From NCBI GenBank assembly GCA_053919585.1, contig CM132793.1: a stretch of 64,000 nucleotides of DNA. One strand, 5' to 3'. Every line of letters starts with the position of its first letter. Position 1 is the first letter of the stretch. The stretch comes from Euprymna scolopes. Taxonomy: Eukaryota. Below are positions 25,452 to 38,180 of the stretch, in pieces. Below the pieces are notes generated by a model. It did no database searches. It saw nothing but the letters and a program-made list of their open reading frames with translations, and was not told the DNA's origin. Made by a program: the position numbers and the translations under genes.

Positions 25452-27750
25452 CATTATCTACTTCAAACAGTGCTATAGTAGTCCATAACTCTTCTCCGCA
25501 ATCTCGATTGCCACAACAACAAGCGCTTAATAAGTATTCGTACATCCATTGCAAGCTTTCTGCTAGTTGTTTGATGTAGGTTGTACACGGTATCACGTAA
25601 TGACTATATTCCTTTTTTGCATAATCAAAAGAACGCCGCTGATGATTTTATTACGCGAAGTTCAGATTTTATTTTTTATTTTATCTCTGGATTTTAAAGA
25701 AAGGCGTCCATATATTTGCTTTCTCATAGACGACTGCCTTTAAGGACTATAAAAAGGTAATATTAACAGTGTGGTGTACATTACGAGAACTATCTTCTCC
25801 ATTATTCAGGTGATATTCCAGATCGCTTACATCTTTCCTAACCCTAGCCTAGGCTAGGTTGATTACCGCTTTTGTTAAATACTATTAACAGAATTTTACT
25901 TTCCAACATTAATACAAATATTCATTTGAGAAACTATATTTGTGTATTGGTCCAAGGAAATGTGACCTGCTTTCTTCGGATCAATACTCAATCTAATTTT
26001 ATTAAAAATATGTAATGATTTATTAATCTCAACATTTTCGATGTTTCTTTATTGTTCCACGCGGGTTACAGGTATAGATACATAATACTTTAAAACTATC
26101 TTCAATTCGTGTGGGAGAAATTATGAGCAAATATAAACATTCTCGCAATAGATTTATGAGTGAAATGCTAGATCTTCTTTAAGTCAGTGTTTTTAAGAAT
26201 TGCCGTAAATTATGAAGAAAATATATTGACCAATTTATGCTTTAATAGTGTCATATCGTATAAGCTGTAGAAGGGCTAACATGTTATTTATATTATAGAA
26301 GGAGAAATACGACGTACATGTAGAACTAAGCGTGATTTCTGTGCAAGAGAACTTTCTAAAAGAGTCGATAATAATCATACAATATCCGCCGGGATAGACA
26401 TTAAAACAATAAGATTCAATCATGACATGCATATGTAATAGAGGTCGGTTGTTTGTTTGGACCAGAAAAAAATTGAATGACAAGAAACGTCATCAAAGAT
26501 AAAAATATATACTTACTAGTCCTTTAAGAGGACCGGACTTCCTACTCTGATAAAGTAAAATTGGGAATATCGACCTAGCTTTTAATTTTCTCTTCAAATT
26601 TGATGGAAAAATCTTAAGTGGATTAATACATCAAAACAAACACAATTAGAATAAAAATATAGCTTCATGAAATAGAAAACATATATAAAACCGATAAAAA
26701 TGTTGTTCAATGCCTGATTTAAATTGCTATTACTAATACGTATCCGTAATATTTACATCTAATGTGTTAGCAATTTTTAGAAAACGTATTGTATATTATT
26801 TAGAATTGTTTGAACCAGCAATAAAAATATATGGTGCAACATCTGGCACAATAATTTTTGGAAATTGAATTATGGAAATATTTAATAGTGTGTCTTTGAT
26901 ATTTTCAGGGTTTATAATTGGTATTTTCTACGCATCTGCGAACTCCTATATAAGAACACATGTATTTGTCATTGAATTGATAAAAATCAAACATAAAATC
27001 AAAAATAATCTATGAGAAATATCATAAGGTGTGAATTTATAAAAAATGGCCGAAATATCTAATCCCAATCAGAAACAATAAAAAAGCAGAAGGATAAATA
27101 TTAATCCTCATTTTTCACATATGAAAATGCCATTGAAGGTTATATTATGAACACATGCATTGTATTTTCTTATCGAAGGACATCCTAAGTAGAATCGATG
27201 CAACAAACTAAAAACGACGAAAAATTCAGCGATTTATAATATATACGATGCACATATGAAGAAATAAAGTTTTTTTTATCTATGTTGCTTATCATTATAT
27301 ATTCGGAAGAATTACATGACATCTATATATAAGAGGCGCATGAAAAATACGTTGAAAAACTTAAGTAGTATATAGCATCCGTAATCAATACGAATAGATT
27401 GTTTTCTGTTTTATTCCTGACAATTTACCGAATGTATGGTTCGTGTTGTTTNNNNNNNNNNNNNNNNNNNNNNNNNNNNNNNNNNNNNNNNNNNNNNNNN
27501 NNNNNNNNNNNNNNNNNNNNNNNNNNNNNNNNNNNNNNNNNNNNNNNNNNNNNNNNNNNNNNNNNNNNNNNNNNNNNNNNNNNNNNNNNNNNNNNNNNNN
27601 NNNNNNNNNNNNNNNNNCGGATGGAATGTATGGCAATTAAGCTACACAGAATATACCGCGTTTAATTATCGTTAGAATTCATCTAGCTTATGCAAAGTGT
27701 TGTGGTGACTGCGCGTTTCTAAATACGCACATGCTATTGAAGTTTTAATA

Positions 27751-27862
27751 AGCCAATCATCTTACTAGTTTCTTAATCAGCCAATGGGCTGGCACTTTCT
27801 GGACAAAGCTACAGCTGACCTCAGTTGCACCTCTTCCTCTGTGTGCATTTTTCGTGGTAAGA
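27751..27862 (+). promoter_or_regulatory. Possible promoter/first exon: two CCAAT boxes, a pyrimidine-rich initiator-like tract and a splice donor
   Basis: AGCCAATCA (27751) and AGCCAATGG (27779), CTCTTCCTCT (27831), G|GTAAGA (27857). Motif evidence only. Confidence 0.2.
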
Positions 27863-28032
27863 GTAGATATCAAAGTGAGCTGACCTATTTTCNNNNNNNN
27901 NNNNNNNNNNNNNNNNNNNNNNNNNNNNNNNNNNNNNNNNNNNNNNNNNNNNNNNNNNNNNNNNNNNNNNNNNNNNNNNNNNNNNNNNNNNNNNNNNNNN
28001 NNNNNNNNNNNNNNNNNNNNNNNNNNNNNNNN

Positions 28033-28405
28033 TTAGAAGACACTTTTTAAAATAAAATTTGAATCATAAATTTGCGAACTTTGAAATAATATCATTTTTA
28101 TTTACTTTACTTGTAAGACCAAAACTTTGTCCAAAATCCTGCCCTAGATTAGCTGAAGAAGTTCTGGCCCTTATTGTTTTTCTTTTCTTCATTTAGGTGT
28201 TATGGAGGAGGCGATTCCCCAGAATAAAAGATAAGAGGAGTATAGTTGATGCTCCGGTTTTTCTTTGTGCGTTTTTCTCCAGAAAAAATATTATAAATCA
28301 CGAACCGAAGCTAATTTAGCGAAGAAATGCATTACAACAACAAAAAGGTAAATAAAAATGTTTTCATCATAAATTTCGACACTTTCAAGTTTTCCAGTTT
28401 CTTAT
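28033..28405. repeat. Diverged copy of the ~287-bp repeat family at 48375-49112, including a short inverted piece
   Basis: Shares GAAGACACTT..., AACTTTGAA and TTTTCTTCATTxxGGTGTTATGG. TTCGACACTTTCAAGTTTTC at ~28376 is the inverted form of GAAAxxxTTGAAGTGTCGAA. Confidence 0.6.
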
Positions 28406-28879
28406 ATTTTTGTTAAAATGAGAGAAAAAGACGTGCGAGCTTGGCCTGGCGGATCTAATTGCAAGATTCGATTATTTCTTTTAAGTTGAGCGGAATAGAA
28501 AGACGTTGTCAGTTAGTATTTTTTTCTATTTTAATAATTTTCTCAATATGATGCTTGTTAGAAGTAGTGACACATATTGTTTATCATGTCACGACTTTTT
28601 TCTTAGCTCGGTCAATTTCGCTATAATTTACATATATCCTGTTCGAAATAAAAAGATTAGTCCTGAATTAACCAGGTTCTGGAAGTTGCATACGCCTGTA
28701 ATGTGATACACTACTTCCATGAAAGGTTAGGTCTGAGTTAAAAAGGGGCTCTTGTAGTGTGCTAATATATGTAGTAAGTAGTGAGTTTGCATAGAAAATG
28801 AGATCATGAAGTTCTCTGTAAAATACGCTTACCATGTCACACTAAGTAAGGTCAATACAAAAAAAAGCAACTGTATGGG

Positions 28880-29280
28880 CAGTGAATGAAGCGTGTACTA
28901 GTAGTCAGGAGGTGGCTAAGAAAAACTTCGACGCGAAGCTTGTGAGTGTTACGAAGGCCAAGTAGTTAGGGTTCATCAAAGAAACGCTCAAAAAAGCAGT
29001 GAATACAGACGCGGATGAGCGTAGGAAGANNNNNNNNNNNNNNNNNNNNNNNNNNNNNNNNNNNNNNNNNNNNNNNNNNNNNNNNNNNNNNNNNNNNNNN
29101 NNNNNNNNNNNNNNNNNNNNNNNNNNNNNNNNNNNNNNNNNNNNNNNNNNNNNNNNNNNNNNNNNNNNNNNNNNNNNNNNNNNNNNNNNNNNNNNNNNNN
29201 NNNNNNNNNNNNNCCTTGGCGGACGAAACTTTGGATCTTTCTTACAAACAGTATTTGAGTGTTGCACTTTTTAAATACCG
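28880..29280 (+). mobile_element. Mariner-like transposase remnant spanning an N-gap
   Basis: Reads VVRRWL...KETLKKAVNTD (HTH-like) and LGGRNFGS (C-terminal-like). Heavily decayed. Confidence 0.35.
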
Positions 29281-31443
29281 ATTGTTATTGATATATTTAA
29301 TAAATTGTTTGACGAGTGTTCCATTCCGAGTAAAGTCAAAAGAGTGATCACATTTCGAAGAAAGACAGGCATGGTGTAAAGGAACATACTACTACAGACC
29401 AACAACTCTGTTAAACGCATAGTTTAAGATTTTTACGAATACCCTTTTGAATATATTGCACGTTCTTATTGTAGCTTTTATAAGATCCGAGAGAACGATA
29501 TGGTGAATATGGGACCAATTTAGAACAACTTGGACATGATCCATACGATCCTATAGAGCACCAGTCCCAACTTTTGATAGTAGTCTCCATCGCCTCCTAG
29601 CATATGTTTCTAAGACGGCAAGTTTTAACCGAGACGTCCGCATATATATTTTCGCCGTGTACTACCTGCCGACGACAGTGGTGCAGATTAACAAAAAACG
29701 TTCGAAATCTTTCACCATTACTCACTTGGTGTATCATGACTTTTCAGTCTCACACCTCTTTTCATCCTGGTGTTGGAGATGCTACTTCAAGATCTTGGCG
29801 TGATGAAACAAGTTAGGTATTTTGTGCAATCGCTTTGCCCAGTTTAGAGTCTGTGTTTGCCGATGACGTTGCAGTCTTTGTGTTGTTCTTGCGAAATATT
29901 ACGATAGTGACAGCGGCACTCACAAGTTCCAAGACGATCACGACGTCAGGGCGTCTGGAGCGTTACCACCATCCTTCTTCGTATAGTCCAGTTCGAATTC
30001 TTGGCGTGTAGTTCGACCTCCCTTTCATCCTATACCGAATAGTTGTATTTCTATTGTTTGCGAAATAACACCGATTCTCTTTTGTTTTGGGTGACAGCAA
30101 AAGCGATTAGCCTCGTGTTCAACGTGTGACTAAGGGAGGCGTGGGTATACGGGACTTGACGTTTCAACAAGATACCGGGTTTTCATAATGTGAAGATTAG
30201 CGCAGAATGCGTTACATCTCAATGCTATACCATTCATTTCCTGAGTATGGACTTCACTCTATATTGCGGATTGTAGATGAAACACCAAAACATGTTAGGT
30301 AATGTAATTTATGTATCTTGACCATTGTTGCTCACTTAAAGTATCTTCCTCACGCCAAGGCCGGGCCAAATATGTGTAACACAAAATACAAAAAAAAAAC
30401 GATGGGGAAAAAGGTAATAAAAAAGCGAGATAGCTGACTAAGTAACAAGCAACAGCAGTCTACAAGAATTTTCGTATAAGGAATTCTCGCGTAAATTTCT
30501 GCAAGGATTCTCGTAACCGTTTGTCAACGTTCTGCTCCTGCCTCGTTTTAGGTGTCAAGCCGCGAGAATTTTATACACAGTCCGCAAAATTGTGTGTAAC
30601 TTTGCAAGACCACTCGGTTATAAATGTTGTGGGTGCCGCTTTCTTGATCTTTTCATCTTACCAGATAGCGTAATTTCACATGAATCACACACGCACACAC
30701 CTAGTGACGTCTTAATAGTAAGTCATTGTTTTGGTTTTCTGCTATTTTCCCATCAGTATGTCAGACAGAAACGGATAGTGAATTACACGATCTTTTCTGT
30801 AGCAATAATTGAGTCGTGGGCGTCGCATAGAATGGGAAACAAGCTGTTGAATTATTTGCTCATTATGGATTTATCGCGATCTTCAAACACCAAATAGAGC
30901 TTGATCAGACATGATAGAAAGAGATTACACTTCGCGGTTCTTGTTACCGATCTAGTGTGTATATAAAGGAGTAAAGTTTAATTATGACTAACATGCTCGA
31001 GGGTGGGCATACGGTTTTTGGTCCTGTACAGATTCCATGAACGTAAGTCTTTTTTTATTTTCTTAGCAAGTAGAGTGAATGACTATCTCTCTCCAAAAAG
31101 AACCTCTAAGATGCCAACTCTCTAATGACCTTTTCGCAATTTACCTTCGAAAATTGCATTTCTTTTAAAAGGTATTACAGTCGCGTTAAATGTTCCACTC
31201 ATTTCTTTCCTTTTTCCTCTCTCATCTAAACTTGAACCATGTAAGAGATTGGTCTGCTATTTTCAGTTCAAATCAATCGTAAAATCAGTTAGCGATGATT
31301 ATTAGAGAATGTTTTTTGGCTTATCCCACACTTTATTTATTAATTTTTATTTTACTCTAGAGTAAATTAAAGCACACTTTAAAATTGTATAATTCTGGGA
31401 CACGAGGATCAAATAAGATATTAAGTTGGATACTATACTATAG

Positions 31444-34125
31444 TGTAGAGTTGAATGCAATAATCGAGCAAGAAAGCACACGCGTGTGTGTGTATTATGC
31501 AGCTATACAACCTACCTTCGGATGGGATCTGAGATAAAAAGAAATTAAAGATACCATTCATGGATTTATAAGGTGCAGTCTTGTTGAATCTCACGACATC
31601 TCATCTTTCACTTCACACGTATGCAAACGGAATGGTGTAAGTTTTCTAATAAAATTATTTGGCAGAGGTGGTGGGAAGCACACGTGCTGGAAGTTGAGAG
31701 AGAAAGTTGACAGTGAGGAATTCTAGCTGAACTCTTGCTTATTGTATTTATTTTATTTTGTTTTGCTGTTTACCAGCCTATTTAACTGCAAACTATTTCG
31801 GCGTAATGGGGGGAAACGTTCGACCTTAAATTAATACCAGAATTCGACGGCTTGACCCCGACACTTGACTGGATGGAGAAAGTGGAACTGCATTGCCTGT
31901 TATTTAGTGTAAAGAGCATTGAACACGTTGTTTCTCTACATCTGCTCGGCAGGGCTTTCACTGTATACCAACAGCTTAGCTGTGAGGAAAACAGGATTAT
32001 GAAAGTATTATTGCAGCATTATACAAGGCGTTTACTACCGACCCCGCAACTGGTTGGGAGCACTTTGAGGCAAGAACGATACATCACAGCGAAACTGTTA
32101 ACGTGTATTTGTCTGAGCTTACAAAGTTGACAGTGTTGTTTCCCGGGCTGCCTGAGCGGGCCTTGGCATGCAATTGTTTTCTCAACCCGAGCATACCAGC
32201 TTCTGAGGGATAGGTCAAGCAAAGCTTCATTGTCTCTCAATGACCTGGTAGACCGGGCCAGGACCGTGAGGAGGAATACTTATGAGATGAGAGAACAGGT
32301 AATCGCTGCTACAGAGCCCGCATCAAGTAATAATAGACCGTCCCAGGCGGCCGGCCTGCGTGGTGAAGTCGTGTGCTCTAGGTGCAATGAACAGGGTCAC
32401 ATTGGGAGGAACTGCCTGCGGCGACTGACAGCTGTTCGCTGCTAGCAATGTAATGTGACTGGTCATAAAGCCCGAGATTGTTCGAGTAACGGGGTCGGAG
32501 ACAAGGTGCAAGTTTCGACCACTTCCCCAAACAGAAATTAGACGAGACGCTTCCGACCATTCGGGTCTATATCAATGAGACATTGTGCTCAGTACTCCCC
32601 GACTCGGGTTGTTGTCGCACCATAATTAGCGCGGATCTCTGCCGCACTAGGAAGAAGACTACTGGATAAACCACCCTCAGTGGAGTTACATGGACATGTT
32701 GCGGCATGGGCGATGTGAACATTCGCACTAGAACTGGAAGTTTGGCTAACGTCGAAGCGCTGGTAGTAGCGAAAAATCGCTGAGCTTTGACCTGCTTTTA
32801 GGCTATGATGCCATCAGATCCCTAGGTGGTGCTCACATCACGCATACGGGGGGGGTAAAGTTTCAGGAGAAGGTTCCCGTTTGCGCTTCGTTGAAGATAA
32901 ATCAGCCAGACTTCATTGTCGAATTTGACAAGCAGCAGAAGGCTTGGAAAGCCGCGTGAAAGTGGTCGGAAAACAAGAAACCAACCAAACTGCGAAATGA
33001 GTTAACAGAATCCCATGTGCCCGACTAAATGAAGCCTGCATACGAAGAGGAACTTCGTGATTGGATCAAGGATAGCTGGTTAATTCCCTACCCCTATCAG
33101 GAACTTGGATCCCCCCAGTAGCCTGATTCCGCTAATGGCGGTCGCTAAGCACAACAGAGCAAAGGGGAAGCAAGTGATAGACTGTTGTGAACTGAACGCG
33201 TATGTGTATACGTTCGCTAACGTTTGTGCCAGCAAGTTTCGAGATTGACACCAGCAGGGTTCCAATATTTCCCTGATGGATCTAAGAAAAACATACCTGC
33301 AGGTCCGAATCAGTGAAACAATGTGGGCATTTCACACGGTGGTGTTTGCTGGCAGGAGATACTATCTTACCAGAGTAGGCTTCGGGCTGAACGTGCCACC
33401 CAAAATAATGAAGACCATCATTAAGGCTGAGTTCTCTCAGGAAGAAACAATAAAAGGTGGGACATCGGTGTGCCTTGATGGCATATATGTGAACGAATAG
33501 ATTGTGTAAGCATCACGTGCAAGGCCCAAACTGGTTGAGTTTGGTTTGACGTGCAAGGACCCAGAACGTTTGGAAAATGGCCTCCGTATCTTGGGCCTGA
33601 ACGTTCGACAGGAGTTTAAGAATTTGAAATTGAGGCGCGGAAAGGTCAGCTGGGAGTGGACGCGACTTGGATCCGACTGGGTATGGACATAACCACTACA
33701 GTAGCCCGCATTTCCTCACCCTGAGAGACAATGACACACTGTTCAGATGTTTCGTAGACAAGTGTAAAGTCCAGCTCAGACACAGATGTGCATATGTACT
33801 GAGTGGCAACGGCATAGCAGAGCAGTGCCATCGAAACATGGAGAGGATCGCGGCAAAGAAAACAATGCACGATCGCAGAGGCGGTTTATAGATATAATGC
33901 AACGCCACAGAATGGCATGACTGCTGCAAGCGCACCCACTAATGCTATTTATTGCGATTGAGTCAGCATCAAGGAGATTGACGTCCGTCAGCAGGGGACA
34001 CTGCCTGGGTGAAGCCTCCCAATAATTGATGCACCAACAGCTTACAAAGAGGGCGAATCACTGAGGAACTCGTGCTAGTCGATGGTACCCCACGCCATAT
34101 GAAGGATAACCGACCTGCCTTAAAT
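31444..34125 (+). mobile_element. Decayed, internally deleted Ty3/Gypsy LTR retrotransposon (gag-pro-RT-partial integrase)
   Basis: Two CCHC knuckles (CSRCNEQGHIGRNC; C*QCNVTGHKARDC), protease VLPDSGC, RT LIPLMAV...DLRKTYLQV...YYLTRVGFGLNVPP...LDGIYV, and integrase RCAYVLSGNGIAEQCHR. A PBS-like TGGCAGAGGTGGT lies at ~31660. The 5' LTR boundary is approximate and no 3' LTR is seen. Confidence 0.9.
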
Positions 34126-34719
34126 ACGTGTTTTTTTCTCATAATCTCTTTTACCTCATCATTTTATGGTTCCTTGGAGAGTACTGTATAAGAACTTTCC
34201 CACCTACAAAGAAGATAATGCTTGGGTTGATGATTATGTGATAACAACTCGTTCACTACTATAACTTTCCTCTTTCCGCCAAGAAAACATTTTTTTCGTT
34301 GGGATTACACTGTACTCGTCAAAGTAATGATACTACATTATAACAATTACAAAAAGCAAATATAATTCGCAGAAGGATTGTAACAAACACATACTCATTT
34401 CTACTCTTCTCTTCTTTAAAAAAGACTACTGAAACAACACAATTAATTGAAGAATTTTGAAGCACATTAAACCGAATATTAGCGTAGTCATTTGATCCAA
34501 TAAAATTTGAAGAGAAATTGTAAGATTTTTGAAAATAATTCAGTGGCATTCCTGAATCTCCATATGTAATATTTTGATTGCAGAAATGTTGCATACCAAT
34601 TTAATACATCTACCTGATAGTCACTATGTTGTGTAACTTGCAACCACCATTTCTACGACATTCACTAGTGATAATAAAATTCTACCTTAAATACGATTAG
34701 CTACACCATACCAATCGCA

Positions 34720-35568
34720 ACATCTACAGATACCATTTTTTCTCTCTCAATATTTACTGATCCCACCGCTATAAATTTAGACCGGGTCAACTTGTATAAT
34801 TTCCCCCGATATTGTGCGTGCACCGCCATTAATCGGTTATTACATACATACGCATGACAAAATCTTTTTATATCCAGATTCAAAAATTAGAAATTCTACC
34901 TTCTCATATTCCGCCTCTTTTGATTGGCTGATACCTGCCTATTCGTATATCCACTTCTACAATAAATAAGCGAACGCTCCAGAAACTATACAAGATGTCT
35001 ACAGAAGAATATCGTTCTAAAATAACTAACGGAATAACACATGTGAACCGATTGTCATGCCACTGTACATATGACGGCATTAGTGAAAAAAAAACTTATA
35101 AAAACATGTAAACCAAATGACGTCGTTAAAAAAGCTACAAAATTAAATATATTAACCGATTGTTGTCGCTCTTTTTAGATTAAATCGTCTAGGAGAAAAC
35201 AAAGAAAATTAGATATATTAACCGATTAGCGTCACTCTTTATAGAAAGCAATAACTGTGTTTTTTTGTGTGGAGGTAAATCTTTACACATACTTAGCTTC
35301 AACAATTTTCTTAACATGGCTACTTTTATAAATTTTCAACTATGCTGATTACGAAAATCGCATTTAAATTTTGCAGAGACAAATACTTGTCCATGTTTTA
35401 AAGTGTCTATTCTAGAAAGTGTTCTTAACATAGGAATGTAAGTGGTGTATATTCCTAAAGCTGTTCTTAATATAAGGATGTAGGGGTTGACCATCAACAT
35501 AAACCGTACTTGAATTTTTACGACGAAGCTGCGTAAATCGGGCAACGTTAGGTAACGGGTCGTGCTAG
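34720..35568 (+). mobile_element. Helitron-like element (3' end supported, 5' boundary uncertain)
   Basis: Ends CGGGCAACGTTAGGTAACGGGTCGTGCTAG|T, resembling the other Helitron 3' ends. Confidence 0.4.
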
Positions 35569-35835
35569 TTAATATAAAATATACTGTTTTCTTTAACAGT
35601 ATTACATCGTTACATTAAAATCCTAGGAATATTATAATGTAAAAAAAAAAAAAAAAATACAAAAACAGTCTGTTGCAGATTTAAACCGTTAATAACGTTA
35701 ACGGACAACTGAGTCTATATATACGCTTAGATCGTTCAATTCTAATTTATGCATGCGCAAGGGACGTTATACTAGGGAAATTACGCCTCTCAAGTCGAAT
35801 TTCTTTCAATTTTGACACCATGACCACTATATAAA

Positions 35836-36112
35836 TTGGTTGGTTGGTTGTTTTTGTTTTACGGCATATCAACCCTTTTCGGGTTATTTAATGCCGAATC
35901 CAAAGATTTAGAAGAAATTTTTTTAATAGAATATATTTGTTGTTTTCAACACATTTTCTATTTAACCCATAGTTGGGACTCTAACAGGTACTACCACTCC
36001 GGGTCAGAGTGGACCTGAGAGCAATGGTAATTAAAGGGTGGCTCCGCACTCCCCAAAGCTCACAAGCTGGGGCCTCACCACTGGATATAGTTTAAGGTCA
36101 TATCCAGGACCA
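35836..36112. mobile_element. SINE-like dispersed repeat, copy A
   Basis: Reverse complement of 47080-47346 over ~270 bp (TACTACCACTCCGGGTCAGAGTGGA...). It resembles an abundant octopus repeat I recall but have not verified. Confidence 0.75.
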
Positions 36113-36148
36113 ATTTCAATCGTATAAAGACCCATAACAAAACTCACA

Positions 36149-36196
<48 letters not shown>

Positions 36197-36199
36197 CAA

Positions 36200-38180
36200 T
36201 CATTGGAGCCGCCTAGCACATTTGCACTACCTTTCGTCTCGGAAAGTATACTTTTTGAAAACTAGAGACAAACAGGCCGGCAAAATAAGTTTTAATTAAG
36301 ATTATTATTGACTCACAAGGAGCTGCTACACAGGTAATCAAAGATCGCCCCTTGAAAAGAAACTCTGGCGTTTCCTGGAAACTGAGTGCCAACACATCTC
36401 CTAAGATTTCTAGTACTCTTCACCTCTTTCGATAACATCTGCAAATGAATTTGCATTATCGCAAGTGCCGCTTATCATTGATTTCTTGTTGACTCCACTG
36501 GTATTTGAATGGTAATAAACCCCCTTATGTTCCCTGTTCTCTTCGCACTTGTCCAGCGGAGGTCTTCTCAGGTCTCTCTCCTCAGTCTTTCCATCCTCCT
36601 TGAAACTTCTTTTTTGAGGGGGTCGATGGTAAGGCAATTAGAAAGATGAATAGCGGACTTATAAATATGCAGCTTCAATTTTCTTGTTCTCATGTAACGC
36701 TTCATCTTTTGCGTTTGTGGCGGTTTGTCTGTCCCGTGTATATGCCTCATGAGTATTACTCTTTGCATTCAAGGGGTTTCCTTAATATTTCAGCATTTTT
36801 CAATATTGTTATTCGTTGCATCTTTCCAGCCGTCTCTCTGATTTCAATTTTTCCCATACCTTTTTCAATGTTTTTCGGAATTGTTCGTAGTGCTCTTACT
36901 ATTATATGTATTACCTTGAGTTTTCTCATCATCCATATTCCTTTCAACCATCTTGCTAGCTTTGTGTATTTGCTCCGTTTCTCTTTTTCTTTGATATTCA
37001 CCCTGTGGTCAGCTGGTCATACAAGTCTCCGATTTGGCAGGGTATCTGTTTCTTATTTATTATTACTACATGCAGTCGTCTTGCTTATATTGGTATATTT
37101 GTTTGTATGCCCATGTCCCATAGGATTTTGTGATTCTCATTTTCATGTCCTCTTCGCGGCTTAGTGCTTGTACCATTTGTCTGTGCGTCCGAAATGTAGC
37201 TGTTTGCTAATTTCCAGTATACTGCACTTCGCAGTTTGTCGTGCTTGTTCTTATATTCCTTTTGGGCCAGTTTACTGCATTCGCTTACTATGTGGTTTAA
37301 CGTTCGTCGCTTTGTCCACAGATACTGCATTTGCTGTTTTCTTGTGTTCTATCGATAATTTCTCTGATGTGATTGTTTTTTATCGAGTTATCTTGTGCTG
37401 CGGTTATTCGGGATTCAGTTTCTCGGTGTAAGTGTCTTTTTCGCATCCATGTCCAATTTTTTTGTTTATTCTCATCTTTTGTCATGTTTATGAATCTTCC
37501 GTGTAGTTGTTTCCCTACCGATGTTTATTTTCTTGTCGTATTCCCTGTCTCTGTTTTGTTGATTTTTTCCGTGTCTCTTGCTGTCATAATTAACCTTTCA
37601 ATATTTTGCATTATGTATTTTTTAATTATGTATGTGTCATTCACACAGTCTTCTAAACAGACCAGTCATCTTCCGCCGTCTTGTTTTCACGTTAAATCGG
37701 ACAAAATTATACTTGTTATGTATTGCATTATATATGGCCATGAGTTTCCTGTCTCAGTTCTTCTTTAGTCCTACCCATGACCCATCCAAGGTAGCTTACT
37801 AGTAATACGTCCCATGTATTTATACCTCTTATAAGATTTCTGCTATACAATTTAGTTTCCAGGAGTTGTCTTGATCTTTTAATATATTCCTTTCTATCTT
37901 TCATTTCTGTTGCTTTGATAGTGTATGCTTTAAGAATTCACACGTATTTATAGACATCGTGCCCCCTTTGTTTGGTTAGGTAGTTTCATATTTTTCTTCT
38001 TTTTTTTTACTTTCTAAAATATTTCACAATGTTCATTATTACAAAGTTCTAACTGACTATAGAATCTTAAGTAGAAAAATGTAGTTTGTGCACTCCTTTC
38101 ACGGTCTTTCACTAATTTCTCCTTCTTTCTTAGCTTCTTCGTCTGCTTCTTCTCTTCATTTTCTCATTATTATTATTATT
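36200..38180 (-). mobile_element. 5'-truncated R4/Dong-like RLE LINE
   Basis: Reads ETESRITAAQDNSIKNNH, CSICGQ...NHIVSECSKLAQKEYK, ENENHKILWD and EKEKRSKYTKLAR...IIVRAL. (TTA)n lies at the 5' junction (~38166-38180). Confidence 0.9.

Noticed and set aside
26298-26440. + strand frame EGEIRRTCRTKRDFCARELSKRVDNN... with dibasic sites, neuropeptide-like
   Set aside because: No signal-peptide exon or repeated peptide motif; short open frames exist on both strands, consistent with chance.
28197-28347. Apparent + strand exon (TTTCTTCATTTAG|...AAG|GTAAAT) ending in MHYNNKK
   Set aside because: The acceptor and 5' part belong to the degenerate 287-bp repeat copy, and the long frame contains a stop.
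29350-30330. Possible decayed Penelope 3' end with eroded hammerhead-like motifs (~29860-29900, ~30270-30300)
   Set aside because: Core boxes are not intact and protein similarity is too weak by eye.
36646-37164. 172-aa hydrophobic ORF resembling a membrane protein
   Set aside because: It is the antisense reading of the A-rich R4/Dong endonuclease region. The same applies to the minus-strand hydrophobic ORFs at 39.4-44.5 kb.
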